Shown in pieces: positions 25,756-35,673 of a DNA stretch of 38,841 nucleotides; within the stretch, counting starts at the first letter, position 1; every line of letters begins with the position of its first letter. The notes under the pieces are model-generated. The model had not been told where the DNA came from. It ran no database searches and saw nothing but the letters and a program-made list of their open reading frames with translations. Source of the DNA: a virus. Its lineage: Duplodnaviria > Heunggongvirae > Uroviricota > Caudoviricetes. A program made the position numbers and the translations under genes. Location: the IMG/VR virus record IMGVR_UViG_2541047816_000002; one strand, given 5' to 3'.

Positions 25756-27255
25756 GTGACGCTCAATACTTCTCAGGTCAGTTACTATATGACTCAGCGT
25801 AAGAAAGGTATAACTCAGCATATCTCGGCCATGAAGGCTGGTATCTCAGTCCGTTCTGGTCGTCGGATCGAAAAAGGAGAGTGGGCAAAAAACAGTGTTC
25901 GGCACTGGCGCACACGCAAAGATCCTCTGGAAGCTGTGTGGGACAGCATGCTTGTTCCTCTGTTGAAAGAGAGGCCGGCTCTGACACCAACAACTCTGCT
26001 GGAGATGCTACAGGATAAATATCCCGGCCAGTACCCCAACAGCCTTCGAAGAACAATGCAACGGCGGGTCTGCGAATGGAAGCTACAGTATGGTGCAGAG
26101 CAGGAGGTCATGTTCCGCCAGCGACATCAGCCCGGTCTGCGAGGTCTGTCGGACTTTACTGAACTGAAAGGTGTAGTTGTCACCATCGCCGGTAAGTTGT
26201 TGGCGCATAAGTTGTATCACTTCCGTCTGGAATGGAGCCACTGGAGCTGGATGCGGGTTGTGCTGGGTGGTGAGAGCTTCTCTGCTCTGGCTGAAGGTCT
26301 GCAGGAAGCCCTCGGACAACTGGGCGGAGTGCCGGTAGAACATAAAACGGACAGCCTGAGGGCAGCATGGAAACAACAGGGCGAAGATGGACGCCGCGAG
26401 CTGACTGAGCGTTATGCTGCTCTCTGTCAGCACTACGGAATGCAGGGCGTACACAATAATGCCGGTCGGGGCCACGAAAATGGCTCGGTTGAAAGTGCCC
26501 ACGGACATCTGAAAAGGCGTATCTGTCAGGCGCTGATACTGCGGGGCAGTAACGACTTCAGCACCATAGAAGAATATCAGGCCTTCATCACTCAGCAGGT
26601 TATGCGGCACAACCGTAACAATCAGGATCTGGTCAAGGAAGAACGTCTTCATCTGAAACCGCTGCCGCTTCGTCGCAGTGCTGACTATGATGAGCTGACT
26701 GTGAGGGTTAGCCGCAGCAGTACCATCAATGTGAAGCACGTCGTCTACAGCGTACCTTCCCGGCTTGTAGGTCAACTGTTACGGGTCCGGTTATGGGACG
26801 ATCGTCTGAGCTGTTACGTTGGCAGCAGCGAGGTCATGAGCTGCCCACGTGTCAGACCAGAAAAAGGGAAGACGCGGGCCCGTCGTATCGACTTCCGACA
26901 TGTGATCGACAGTCTGGCAAAAAAGCCCGGTGCGTTCTGCCATGCAACGCTGAGAAATGACATCCTGCCAGACGATGAATGGCGGAGGCTGTGGCGTCGC
27001 TTATGTAATCATCTGGAACCCGACATGGCAGGCAGGCTGATGGTACATGCTCTGAAACTGGCTGCAGGATACGACGATATCTCAGTCGTGGCAAAAGGTA
27101 TGGAGCAGATGCTGAATACCCCGGGAAACGTGGATCTGCACCGGCTGATGCGCTTCCTGGGTATAAAGGAAAAGGCGTTGCCGGTAGTCAATGTGAAACA
27201 GCATAACCTGAGCAGTTATGAGCAACTACTGCGTGGCAAGGGAGGTTCGCAGTGA
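25756..27255 (+). CDS. istA: IS21-family transposase IstA
   Basis: 499 aa; GTG start with AGGA RBS; overlaps istB by 4 nt. Confidence 0.85.
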   Translation: MTLNTSQVSYYMTQRKKGITQHISAMKAGISVRSGRRIEKGEWAKNSVRHWRTRKDPLEAVWDSMLVPLLKERPALTPTTLLEMLQDKYPGQYPNSLRRTMQRRVCEWKLQYGAEQEVMFRQRHQPGLRGLSDFTELKGVVVTIAGKLLAHKLYHFRLEWSHWSWMRVVLGGESFSALAEGLQEALGQLGGVPVEHKTDSLRAAWKQQGEDGRRELTERYAALCQHYGMQGVHNNAGRGHENGSVESAHGHLKRRICQALILRGSNDFSTIEEYQAFITQQVMRHNRNNQDLVKEERLHLKPLPLRRSADYDELTVRVSRSSTINVKHVVYSVPSRLVGQLLRVRLWDDRLSCYVGSSEVMSCPRVRPEKGKTRARRIDFRHVIDSLAKKPGAFCHATLRNDILPDDEWRRLWRRLCNHLEPDMAGRLMVHALKLAAGYDDISVVAKGMEQMLNTPGNVDLHRLMRFLGIKEKALPVVNVKQHNLSSYEQLLRGKGGSQ

Positions 27256-28007
27256 GCAATATCCATCACCTTGAACGCAGCCTGCGTAAACTACGCCTGA
27301 CACGAGTTGGAGCTGAATGGCACGCTCTGGAAAAACGAGCACTGGCAGAAGGCTGGACACCATCGCGCTATCTTCTGACGCTATGCAATGAAGAACTCCT
27401 GTGGCGCGAGAGTGAAAAACTGCGTCGTTATAAAAAGGAGGCCCGGTTGCCAGTTGCCAAAACGCTAAGCGAATACGACTTCAGTCAGGTGCCGGAACTG
27501 AATGGAGCTCAGTTCCGGCAACTCTGTGAAACGACAGACTGGGTTGATGCAGGAGAAAACGTTCTGCTGTTCGGAGCCAGCGGGTTGGGGAAAAGCCATC
27601 TGGCGGCAGCGATCGTGGATGGCGTAGTAGGCCAGGGCTACCGGGCCCGGTTCTACAGCGCAGGAGAGTTGTTGCAGGAACTACGTAAAGCCAGAGCGCA
27701 GTTGAAACTGAATGAGCTGCTACTGAAACTGGATCGCTACCGGGTGATAGTGGTGGATGATCTTGGCTATGTCAAACGCGACAGCGCCGAAACGGGAGTA
27801 CTGTTCGAGTTAATAGCGCATCGCTATGAACGTGGGAGCCTGGTGATAACCAGTAACCATCCGTTCAGCATGTGGGGCAGCATCTTCGTGGATGAGACTA
27901 TGGCGGTGGCGGCGGCAGACCGGCTGATCCATCACGGATATATGTTCGAACTGAAAGGTGAAAGCTACAGGAAAAAGACAGCGAAGGCAGTAACAAGCGC
28001 GACTTGA
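27252..28007 (+). CDS. istB: IS21-family helper ATPase IstB
   Basis: 251 aa; Walker A GASGLGKSHLAAA, Walker B VIVVDDLGY. Confidence 0.9.
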   Translation: MSNIHHLERSLRKLRLTRVGAEWHALEKRALAEGWTPSRYLLTLCNEELLWRESEKLRRYKKEARLPVAKTLSEYDFSQVPELNGAQFRQLCETTDWVDAGENVLLFGASGLGKSHLAAAIVDGVVGQGYRARFYSAGELLQELRKARAQLKLNELLLKLDRYRVIVVDDLGYVKRDSAETGVLFELIAHRYERGSLVITSNHPFSMWGSIFVDETMAVAAADRLIHHGYMFELKGESYRKKTAKAVTSAT

Positions 28008-28072
28008 TGTCGCACTGAAGGGTGCGGCCAGTATAGTTGGCGCGAGTCGGCAAAACTAGTTGACGTCTAATA

Positions 28073-28410
28073 CCGATCCCACGCCTGTGGATGAAGCCAC
28101 GTCGTATGCCATCCGTTTTCCTGATGATCCGGAGATTTTTTCGCAGACAGAGGCGCAGCAACTGGTCGCGGAAGAGCTTGTGGAGAAGTGGGAAAAAGGA
28201 AAGATGCGTCTGCTGTGGGATAACAAAAAGCGGCGTAACGAAGCGCTGGACTGCCTGGTGTATGCCTACGCGGCATTACGTGTGTCCGTGCAACGCTGGC
28301 AGCTTGATCTGGCTGTACTGGCAAAATCCCGGGAAGAAGAGACGACCCGGCCAACCCTTAAAGAACTGGCAGCGAAGCTGTCCGGAGGAGTGAATGGTTA
28401 CAGTCGCTGA
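28073..28410 (+). pseudogene. A: Terminase large subunit gene A, C-terminal fragment
   Basis: ...FPDDPEIFSQTEAQQLVAEELVEKWEKGKMRLLWDNKKRRNEALDCLVYAYAALRVSVQRWQLDL... matches recalled lambda gpA C-terminus. Confidence 0.82.
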
Positions 28411-28597
28411 ACTGCAGGTGCTGCGTCAGGCGCGCCTTGATTTATTAACCGGTAAACGGGTGGTGTCTGTCCAGAAAGATGGTCGCAGAATTGAATATAC
28501 GGCAGCTTCTCTGGATGAGCTTAACCGGGCGATCAATGATGCGGAGTCGGTACTGGGGACCCGCCGTCGCCGTCGTCCGCTGGGAGTGAGGTTATGA
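28394..28597 (+). CDS. W: Head-tail joining protein W
   Basis: 67 aa; ...LLTGKRVVSVQKDGRRIEYTAASLDEL... parallels lambda gpW; GGAGGAG RBS. Confidence 0.82.
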   Translation: MVTVAELQVLRQARLDLLTGKRVVSVQKDGRRIEYTAASLDELNRAINDAESVLGTRRRRRPLGVRL

Positions 28598-30186
28598 AAC
28601 GAACGCCTGTCCTGATTGATGTGAACGGCGTTCCGCTTCGGGAGAGCCTCAGCTACAACGGTGGCGGTGCAGGATTTGGCGGGCAAATGGCAGAGTGGTT
28701 GCCACCCTCGCAGAGTGCCGATGCGGCCCTGCTGCCCGCGTTGCGTCTGGGGAATGCCCGTGCAGATGATCTGGTGCGCAATAACGGAATAGCGGCCAAT
28801 GCGGTGGCCCTGCATAAGGATCACATTGTCGGGCATATGTTTCTGATTAGCTACCGTCCGAACTGGCGCTGGCTGGGGATGCGGGAGACCGCAGCAAAAA
28901 GCTTTGTCGATGAGGTGGAGGCGGCCTGGTCGGAATACGCCGAAGGGATGTTTGGCGAGATCGACGTGGAAGGAAAACGCACGTTCACGGAATTTATCCG
29001 TGAAGGTGTGGGCGTTCATGCGTTTAACGGCGAAATCTTTGTGCAGCCGGTCTGGGATACGGAAACCACGCAGTTATTCCGTACGCGTTTTAAAGCCGTG
29101 AGTCCGAAACGGGTGGACACGCCTGGACACGGTATGGGGAACCGTTTTCTGCGGGCCGGTGTGGAGGTCGATCGATATGGCCGTGCCGTCGCGTACCATA
29201 TTTGTGAGGATGATTTTCCGTTCTCTGGTAGTGGACGATGGGAACGGATCCCGCGTGAACTTCCCACCGGACGTCCGGCCATGCTGCATATTTTCGAGCC
29301 GGTGGAGGACGGGCAGACCCGTGGGGCTAATCAGTTTTACAGCGTCATGGAACGGCTGAAGATGCTCGATTCCCTGCAGGCAACACAGCTTCAGTCGGCC
29401 ATAGTGAAGGCGATGTATGCAGCGACGATTGAAAGTGAACTTGATACCGAAAAGGCCTTTGAATATATCGCCGGTGCGCCGCAGGGGCAGAAGGATAATC
29501 CGCTTATTAATATTCTGGATAAGTTCTCCACCTGGTATGACACGAATAGCGTGACGCTGGGCGGTGTCAAAATTCCGCACCTTTTCCCCGGTGATGATCT
29601 GAAACTTCAGACCGCGCAGGATTCAGACAATGGATTTTCGGCGCTTGAACAGGCGCTGCTGCGGTATATCGCCGCCGGTCTTGGCGTTTCCTACGAACAG
29701 TTGTCCCGTGATTACTCGAAGGTCAGTTATTCAAGTGCCCGCGCATCCGCAAATGAGTCGTGGCGCTATTTTATGGGGCGGCGAAAATTTATTGCGTCCC
29801 GGCTGGCCACGCAGATGTTTTCCTGCTGGCTGGAAGAGGCACTTCTTCGGGGGATTATTCGTCCGCCACGGGCACGTTTTGATTTTTATCAGGCGCGATC
29901 AGCCTGGTCACGGGCTGAGTGGATTGGAGCCGGAAGAATGGCCATTGACGGGCTCAAGGAGGTTCAGGAATCAGTGATGCGCATTGAGGCCGGACTGAGC
30001 ACGTATGAGAAAGAGCTGGCGCTGATGGGCGAGGATTATCAGGACATTTTCCGCCAGCAGGTCAGGGAATCTGCAGAGCGGGAAAAAGCCGGACTCTCAC
30101 GTCCGGTGTGGATAGCGCAGGCGTATCAGCAGCAGATAGCGGAGAGTCGCAGGCCGGAAGAGGAGACAACACCACGTGAGACGTAA
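28594..30186 (+). CDS. B: Portal protein B
   Basis: 530 aa near-identical to recalled lambda gpB (MKRTPVLIDVNGVPLRESLSYNGGGAGFGGQMAEWLPP...). Confidence 0.92.
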   Translation: MKRTPVLIDVNGVPLRESLSYNGGGAGFGGQMAEWLPPSQSADAALLPALRLGNARADDLVRNNGIAANAVALHKDHIVGHMFLISYRPNWRWLGMRETAAKSFVDEVEAAWSEYAEGMFGEIDVEGKRTFTEFIREGVGVHAFNGEIFVQPVWDTETTQLFRTRFKAVSPKRVDTPGHGMGNRFLRAGVEVDRYGRAVAYHICEDDFPFSGSGRWERIPRELPTGRPAMLHIFEPVEDGQTRGANQFYSVMERLKMLDSLQATQLQSAIVKAMYAATIESELDTEKAFEYIAGAPQGQKDNPLINILDKFSTWYDTNSVTLGGVKIPHLFPGDDLKLQTAQDSDNGFSALEQALLRYIAAGLGVSYEQLSRDYSKVSYSSARASANESWRYFMGRRKFIASRLATQMFSCWLEEALLRGIIRPPRARFDFYQARSAWSRAEWIGAGRMAIDGLKEVQESVMRIEAGLSTYEKELALMGEDYQDIFRQQVRESAEREKAGLSRPVWIAQAYQQQIAESRRPEEETTPRET

Positions 30187-31681
30187 TCTTTCACACATTA
30201 TTGCAGCAGCATTCAATGAACCGCTGCTTCTGGAGCCCGCCTATGCGCGGGTTTTCTTTTGCGCGCTGGGGCGCGAGATGGGGGCAGCAAGTCTTTCGGT
30301 ACCGCAACAGCAGGTACAGCTTGATGCTCCCGGGATGCTGGCTGAAACGGACGAGTACATGGCCGGAGGTAAACGACCGGCCCGTGTTTACCGGGTGGTG
30401 AACGGTATTGCTGTACTGCCGGTGACCGGCACGCTGGTGCACCGGCTGGGTGGTATGCGGCCATTTTCCGGAATGACAGGCTATGACGGTATTGTCGCCT
30501 GTCTTCAGCAGGCAATGGCGGATAGCCAGGTGCGGGGCGTACTGCTGGACATTGACAGTCCGGGCGGGCAGGCCGCCGGCGCGTTTGACTGCGCTGACAT
30601 GATTTACCGCCTCCGTCAGCAGAAGCCGGTCTGGGCACTGTGCAATGACACTGCCTGTTCTGCAGCCATGCTGCTGGCGTCGGCCTGCTCCCGACGGCTG
30701 GTTACCCAGACATCCCGTATCGGCTCCATTGGCGTGATGATGAGCCATGTCAGCTATGCCGGTCATCTGGCGCAGGCCGGTGTGGATATCACGCTGATTT
30801 ATGCCGGGGCGCACAAGGTGGATGGCAATCAGTTTGAAGCGTTGCCGGCAGAGGTTCGCCAGGATATGCAGCAGCGGATTGATGCGGCGCACCGGATGTT
30901 TGCCGAAAAAGTGGCGATGTATACCGGGTTGTCTGTGGATGCGGTCACGGGAACAGAGGCCGCTGTTTTTGAAGGTCAGTCCGGCATTGAGGCCGGGCTG
31001 GCGGATGAATTAATCAATGCGTCGGATGCCATCAGTGTGATGGCCACGGCGCTGAACAGTAATGTCAGAGGAGGCACTATGCCGCAATTAACTGCAACGG
31101 AAGCCGCCGTGCAGGAGAACCAGCGAGTGATGGGGATCCTGACATGCCAGGAAGCGAAAGGACGTGAACAGCTTGCCACGATGCTGGCAGGGCAACAGGG
31201 CATGAGCGTTGAACAGGCCCGGGCGATTCTGGCCGCGGCGGCACCGCAGCAGCCGGTGGCATCCGCGCAGAGTGAAGCCGATCGCATTATGGCGTGTGAA
31301 GAAGCGAACGGTCGTGAACAACTGGCGGCAACGCTGGCGGCGATGCCGGAGATGACGGTGGAAAAAGCCCGCCCGATCCTGGCGGCTGCACCACTGGCGG
31401 ATGCCGGGCCCTCACTTCGTGATCAGATCATGGCCCTGGATGAGGCAAAAGGGGCAGAAGCGCAGGCTGAAAAACTGGCGGCCTGCCCGGGAATGACCGT
31501 GGAGAACGCCCGGGCTGTGCTGGCTGCGGGATCAGGTAAGGCCGAACCGGTCTCTGCATCCACAACCGCCCTGTTTGAACATTTCATGGCGAATCATTCA
31601 CCGGCAGCGGTGCGGGGTGGCGTGTCACAGACGTCAGCAGACGGTGATGCGGACGTGAAAATGCTCATGGCCATGCCATGA
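30176..31681 (+). CDS. C: Head maturation protease / minor capsid protein C (ClpP/S49-like)
   Basis: 501 aa; N-terminal ...AFNEPLLLEPAYARVFFCAL... matches lambda gpC; C-terminal region has three tandem repeats. Confidence 0.85.
   Translation: MRRNLSHIIAAAFNEPLLLEPAYARVFFCALGREMGAASLSVPQQQVQLDAPGMLAETDEYMAGGKRPARVYRVVNGIAVLPVTGTLVHRLGGMRPFSGMTGYDGIVACLQQAMADSQVRGVLLDIDSPGGQAAGAFDCADMIYRLRQQKPVWALCNDTACSAAMLLASACSRRLVTQTSRIGSIGVMMSHVSYAGHLAQAGVDITLIYAGAHKVDGNQFEALPAEVRQDMQQRIDAAHRMFAEKVAMYTGLSVDAVTGTEAAVFEGQSGIEAGLADELINASDAISVMATALNSNVRGGTMPQLTATEAAVQENQRVMGILTCQEAKGREQLATMLAGQQGMSVEQARAILAAAAPQQPVASAQSEADRIMACEEANGREQLAATLAAMPEMTVEKARPILAAAPLADAGPSLRDQIMALDEAKGAEAQAEKLAACPGMTVENARAVLAAGSGKAEPVSASTTALFEHFMANHSPAAVRGGVSQTSADGDADVKMLMAMP
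31079..31681 (+). CDS. Nu3-like scaffold protein (in-frame internal start within C)
   Basis: Internal ATG with strong AGGAGG RBS, in frame with C. Confidence 0.5.
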   Translation: MPQLTATEAAVQENQRVMGILTCQEAKGREQLATMLAGQQGMSVEQARAILAAAAPQQPVASAQSEADRIMACEEANGREQLAATLAAMPEMTVEKARPILAAAPLADAGPSLRDQIMALDEAKGAEAQAEKLAACPGMTVENARAVLAAGSGKAEPVSASTTALFEHFMANHSPAAVRGGVSQTSADGDADVKMLMAMP

Positions 31682-31717
31682 AGTCAGTGCTGACCATCAA
31701 TATGAGGTTTTAACAAA

Positions 31718-32065
31718 ATGGTGACGAAAACCATCACTGAACAGCGTGCGGAAGTACGTATTTTTGCTGGTAATGATCCGGCTCATACCGCCACAGGCAG
31801 CAGCTGGATTTCTTCTGCAACACCGGCTCTGACGCCCCTGATGCTGGATGAAGCCACCGGGAAACTGGTGGTCTGGGATGGACAGAAAGCCGGTAGTGCG
31901 GTTGGCATACTGGTACTGCCGCTTGAAGGCACAGAGACGGTGCTGACCTATTACAAGTCGGGGACCTTTGCGACGGAGGCAATCCGCTGGCCTGACAGTG
32001 TGGATGAACACAAAAAGGCAAATGCCTTTGCCGGCACAGCCCTGAGTCACGCGGCTCTGCCATAA
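31718..32065 (+). CDS. D: Head decoration protein D
   Basis: 115 aa; ...DPAHTATG...TPLMLDEATGKLVVWDG...YYKSGTFA... parallels lambda gpD. Confidence 0.85.
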   Translation: MVTKTITEQRAEVRIFAGNDPAHTATGSSWISSATPALTPLMLDEATGKLVVWDGQKAGSAVGILVLPLEGTETVLTYYKSGTFATEAIRWPDSVDEHKKANAFAGTALSHAALP

Positions 32066-32122
32066 CACGTTATCAGGCCACCATGGTGGCCTGACTGATT
32101 TCTGAATGAAAGGAACTGATTT

Positions 32123-33151
32123 ATGGGATTGTTTACGACCCGCCAGTTACTCGGTTATACCGAACAAAAAGTGAAATTCCGTGCGCTATTTCTGGAGCTG
32201 TTTTTCCGCCGGACGGTGAATTTCCATACCGAAGAAGTGATGCTGGACAAAATTACCGGAAAAACGCCGGTGGCGGCCTATGTCTCCCCGATCGTTGAAG
32301 GAAAAGTGCTGCGCCATCGTGGTGGTGAAACCCGCGTGTTGCGTCCGGGCTACGTCAAGCCGAAACACGAATTTAATTACCAGCAGGCGGTTGAGCGCCT
32401 TCCCGGTGAAGATCCGGCTCAGCTGAACGACCCGGCCTACCGTCGTCTGCGTATCATCACTGATAACCTCAAACAGGAAGAGCACGCTATTGTGCAGGTG
32501 GAAGAAATGCAGGCGGTGAATGCCGTGCTGTATGGCAAATATACGATGGAAGGAGACCAGTTCGAGAAAATTGAAGTCGATTTTGGCCGATCGACGAAGA
32601 ATAACATCATACAAGGTAGCGGTAAGGAGTGGTCAAAACAGGATCGTGACACGTTCGACCCGACATATGATATCGACCTTTTCTGTGATCAGGCCAGTGG
32701 TCTTGTGAATATTGCCATTATGGACGGTACCGTCTGGCGTCTGCTGAATGGCTTTAAGCTTTTCCGCGAAAAACTGGATACCCGTCGCGGTTCAAATTCA
32801 CAACTCGAAACGGCAGTGAAAGATCTGGGCGCAGTGGTATCCTTCAAGGGGTATTACGGCGATCTGGCCATTGTGGTAGCGAAAACGTCTTATGTGGCAG
32901 AGGACGGTACCGAAAAACGTTATCTGCCGGAGGGCACGCTGGTGCTGGGGAATACGGCAGCAGAGGGGATTCGTTGCTATGGAGCCATTAAGGATGCACA
33001 GGCGTTGTCTGAAGGAGTGGTGGCTTCTTCCCGTTACCCGAAACACTGGCTGACCGTGGGCGATCCGTCCTGTGAATTCACCATGACGCAGTCCGCGCCG
33101 CTGATGGTGCTGCCGGATCCGGATGAGTTTGTGGTGGTACAGGTGAAATAA
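32123..33151 (+). CDS. E: Major capsid protein E
   Basis: 342 aa; ...VSPIVEGKVLRHRGG...PGYVKPKHE...DPAYRRLRII...QSAPLMVLPDPDEFVVVQ matches lambda gpE. Confidence 0.92.
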   Translation: MGLFTTRQLLGYTEQKVKFRALFLELFFRRTVNFHTEEVMLDKITGKTPVAAYVSPIVEGKVLRHRGGETRVLRPGYVKPKHEFNYQQAVERLPGEDPAQLNDPAYRRLRIITDNLKQEEHAIVQVEEMQAVNAVLYGKYTMEGDQFEKIEVDFGRSTKNNIIQGSGKEWSKQDRDTFDPTYDIDLFCDQASGLVNIAIMDGTVWRLLNGFKLFREKLDTRRGSNSQLETAVKDLGAVVSFKGYYGDLAIVVAKTSYVAEDGTEKRYLPEGTLVLGNTAAEGIRCYGAIKDAQALSEGVVASSRYPKHWLTVGDPSCEFTMTQSAPLMVLPDPDEFVVVQVK

Positions 33152-33202
33152 TCCGTGAGCGGGGGCGAAATGCCCCCGTGTTTTTTTCACAGGGAGCTGG
33201 AT

Positions 33203-33571
33203 ATGGCAACAAAAGAAGAAAATCAGAAACGTCTTCGTGAACTGGCTGGTCTGCTGGGGCGCGAGGCGGATATGTCGGGGAGTGCTGCGGATATCGCACA
33301 GCGTGTGGCAGAGTGGGAAGAGGAGGTTTGCGCCTCGGAAAATGAAATCGCAGATGTTGATGATACCGTTCATGAGCAGGCATGCAGGCACACCGGTGAG
33401 GATGACGTTGGTATTCTGGAACGTATCAGGCTTCTGAAGTGTTTTTACCTGTGCGGTGTTGACGATGAAACAGGTGGGCCTGTTGAGCATGTTGATGCTG
33501 GCAGAGTAATTCTGATGCCCCCCTCAGTGGCAAAAGACATGGTCAGGAGCGGAGTGGCCGTTTATGCGTGA
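33203..33571 (+). CDS. DNA packaging protein FI-like
   Basis: 122 aa from ATG 33203 (GGGAG RBS); acidic; positional equivalent of lambda FI. Confidence 0.55.
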   Translation: MATKEENQKRLRELAGLLGREADMSGSAADIAQRVAEWEEEVCASENEIADVDDTVHEQACRHTGEDDVGILERIRLLKCFYLCGVDDETGGPVEHVDAGRVILMPPSVAKDMVRSGVAVYA

Positions 33572-33917
33572 TTTTGAGAATTCCTTTGATGCTGCCCTTG
33601 CCGGGGTGGACAGAACGATTGTTGAAGTGATGGGGCTCTGTGCGCAGTTCACCTCGGGGGCACAGTGTGGCAGCGAAGTTCAGGGGGTTTTTGACGATCC
33701 GGAGTCGCTGGGTTTTGCCGGTGGCGGGGTCCGTATTGAAGGAAGCAGCCCGTCATTATTTGTGCGGACGGATACGGTGCGTGCCGTGCGGCGTGGTGAC
33801 ACGCTGACCATTAACGGCGAGATGTTCTGGGTGGATCGTGTTTCTCCGGATGACGGGGGAAGCTGTTATCTCTGGCTCAACCGTGGGCAACCACCCGCTG
33901 TTAACCGGCGACGATAA
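33564..33917 (+). CDS. FII: Head-tail connector FII
   Basis: 117 aa; ...GVFDDPESLGFAGGGVRIEGSSPSLFVRTD...FWVDRVSPDDGGSCYLWL...PPAVNRRR matches lambda gpFII. Confidence 0.88.
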   Translation: MRDFENSFDAALAGVDRTIVEVMGLCAQFTSGAQCGSEVQGVFDDPESLGFAGGGVRIEGSSPSLFVRTDTVRAVRRGDTLTINGEMFWVDRVSPDDGGSCYLWLNRGQPPAVNRRR

Positions 33918-33932
33918 ACGCAGGGTGAAATT

Positions 33933-34508
33933 ATGGCGATAAAAGGGCTTGATCAGGCGATTGATAATCTGAGCCGGGTTCGTAAAAACGCCATTCCGGC
34001 GGCTTCAGCAATGACGATTAACCGCGTGGCCACAACGGCGATTAATCAGTCTTCATCACAGGTTGCCCGGGAGACAAAGGTACGCCGGAAACTGGTTAAG
34101 GAACGGTCCAGACTGAAACGGGCCACGGTCAGAAATCCGAATGCAAAAATTATCGTTAACCGCGGTGATCTCCCTGTGATTAAGCTGGGGATCAGAATGC
34201 TGGGGCGTCGTCCGGACAGCATACTCAAAGCCGGTCAGCATCGTTATCAGCGGGCATTTATCCAGCGATTAAATAATGGGCGCTGGCATGTTATGCAACG
34301 TCTTCCTCAGGCCAGATATGAGGAGGGCAATGACGACAAGGGAAGGAAAAAGCGTAATCGCCTTCCCATTCAGGTGGTGAAAATCCCGATGGCGGCCCCA
34401 CTGAAACAGGCATTTGATGAGAATGTTGACCGTATCCGGCGTGAACGCCTGCCTAAAGAACTGGCATACGCGCTGAAACAACAACTGAGGATTGCGATAA
34501 AACGATGA
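33933..34508 (+). CDS. Z: Tail completion protein Z
   Basis: 191 aa, position and size as lambda gpZ. Confidence 0.78.
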   Translation: MAIKGLDQAIDNLSRVRKNAIPAASAMTINRVATTAINQSSSQVARETKVRRKLVKERSRLKRATVRNPNAKIIVNRGDLPVIKLGIRMLGRRPDSILKAGQHRYQRAFIQRLNNGRWHVMQRLPQARYEEGNDDKGRKKRNRLPIQVVKIPMAAPLKQAFDENVDRIRRERLPKELAYALKQQLRIAIKR

Positions 34509-34900
34509 AACACACTGACATTCGTGCCGCAGTGCTGGATGCACTCGAGCAGCATGAACACGGGGCGACGCTGTTTGATGGTCGCCCCGTTGTTTTTGAC
34601 GAAGAGGATTTTCCTGCGATCGCGGTTTATCTGACGGATGCAGAGTATACCGGTGAAGAGCTGGATGCAGATACCTGGCGGGCCACGCTGCATATTGAGG
34701 TGTTTTTACCGGCACAGGTACCGGATTCAGAGCTCGATCAGTGGATGGAAAGCCGGATTTACCCGGCGATGACCGCGATCCCGGCACTGGCAGGACTGAT
34801 TACCACGATGGTTACGCAGGGCTATGAGTATCGTCGTGATGACGATATGGCGTTATGGAGTTCTGCAGATCTGACTTATTCCATTACATACGAGATGTGA
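34505..34900 (+). CDS. U: Tail tube terminator U
   Basis: 131 aa; [38 protein letters not shown]... matches lambda gpU. Confidence 0.88.
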   Translation: MKHTDIRAAVLDALEQHEHGATLFDGRPVVFDEEDFPAIAVYLTDAEYTGEELDADTWRATLHIEVFLPAQVPDSELDQWMESRIYPAMTAIPALAGLITTMVTQGYEYRRDDDMALWSSADLTYSITYEM

Positions 34901-34907
34901 GGACGAT

Positions 34908-35660
34908 ATGGCAACACCAAATCCCCTTGAGCCGGTAAAAGGTGCCGGTACCACTCTGTGGGTTTACAACGGCAAGGGTGATGCTTATGCAAACCCGTTG
35001 TCAGACGATGACTGGCAGCGACTGGCTAAGGTGAAGGATCTGACGCCGGGCGAGATGACGGCAGAATCCTACGATGATAACTACCTGGATGATGAAGACG
35101 CGGACTGTACCGCGACCGGGCAGGGGCAGAAATCTGCAGGTGATACCAGTTTTACGCTGGCCTGGAAACCGGGAGAGGAAGGCCAGAAAGGGCTTATAGG
35201 CTGGTTTGAAAGCGGCGATGTCCGGGCCTATAAAATCCGTTTTCCGAATGGCACGGTGGATGTGTTTCGTGGCTGGGTCAGCAGTATCGGTAAGGCCGTG
35301 ACGGCGAAAGAAGTGATCACCCGCACGGTGAAAGTCACTAACGTGGGTAAACCTTCTGTAGCGGAAGAACGCAGCAAAATTACGCCGGTCAGTGCGATTA
35401 AGGTGACGCCGACATCCGGTACGGTGGCAAAAGGGAAAACAACCACCCTGACGGTTTCTTTTGAGCCGAAAAGTGCAACCGACAAGACGTTCAGAGCGGT
35501 TTCCGCCGATCCGTCGAAAGCCACCATTAGTGTGAAAGATATGACAATTACGGTAAACGGCGTGGCGACAGGTAAGGTGCAGATCCCTGTGGTGAGCGGA
35601 AATGGTCAGTTCGCCGCAGTGGCTGAAGTCACCGTTACTGAAGCGGGCGCTGCAGGGTAA
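34908..35660 (+). CDS. V: Major tail tube protein V (with C-terminal Ig-like domain)
   Basis: 250 aa; ...[12 protein letters not shown]...[39 protein letters not shown]... matches lambda gpV. Confidence 0.92.
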   Translation: MATPNPLEPVKGAGTTLWVYNGKGDAYANPLSDDDWQRLAKVKDLTPGEMTAESYDDNYLDDEDADCTATGQGQKSAGDTSFTLAWKPGEEGQKGLIGWFESGDVRAYKIRFPNGTVDVFRGWVSSIGKAVTAKEVITRTVKVTNVGKPSVAEERSKITPVSAIKVTPTSGTVAKGKTTTLTVSFEPKSATDKTFRAVSADPSKATISVKDMTITVNGVATGKVQIPVVSGNGQFAAVAEVTVTEAGAAG

Positions 35661-35673
35661 ACGGAGGTAATAC

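Larger units (their letters stand above)
25663..28072 (+). mobile_element. IS21-family insertion sequence (istA-istB), ~2.4 kb, boundaries +/- a few bp
   Basis: Imperfect terminal inverted repeats (tatgagacgacaa... / ...ttgacgtctaata); flanking 6-bp direct repeat CCGATC (25657-25662 and 28073-28078); removal restores the gpA reading frame. Confidence 0.85.
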
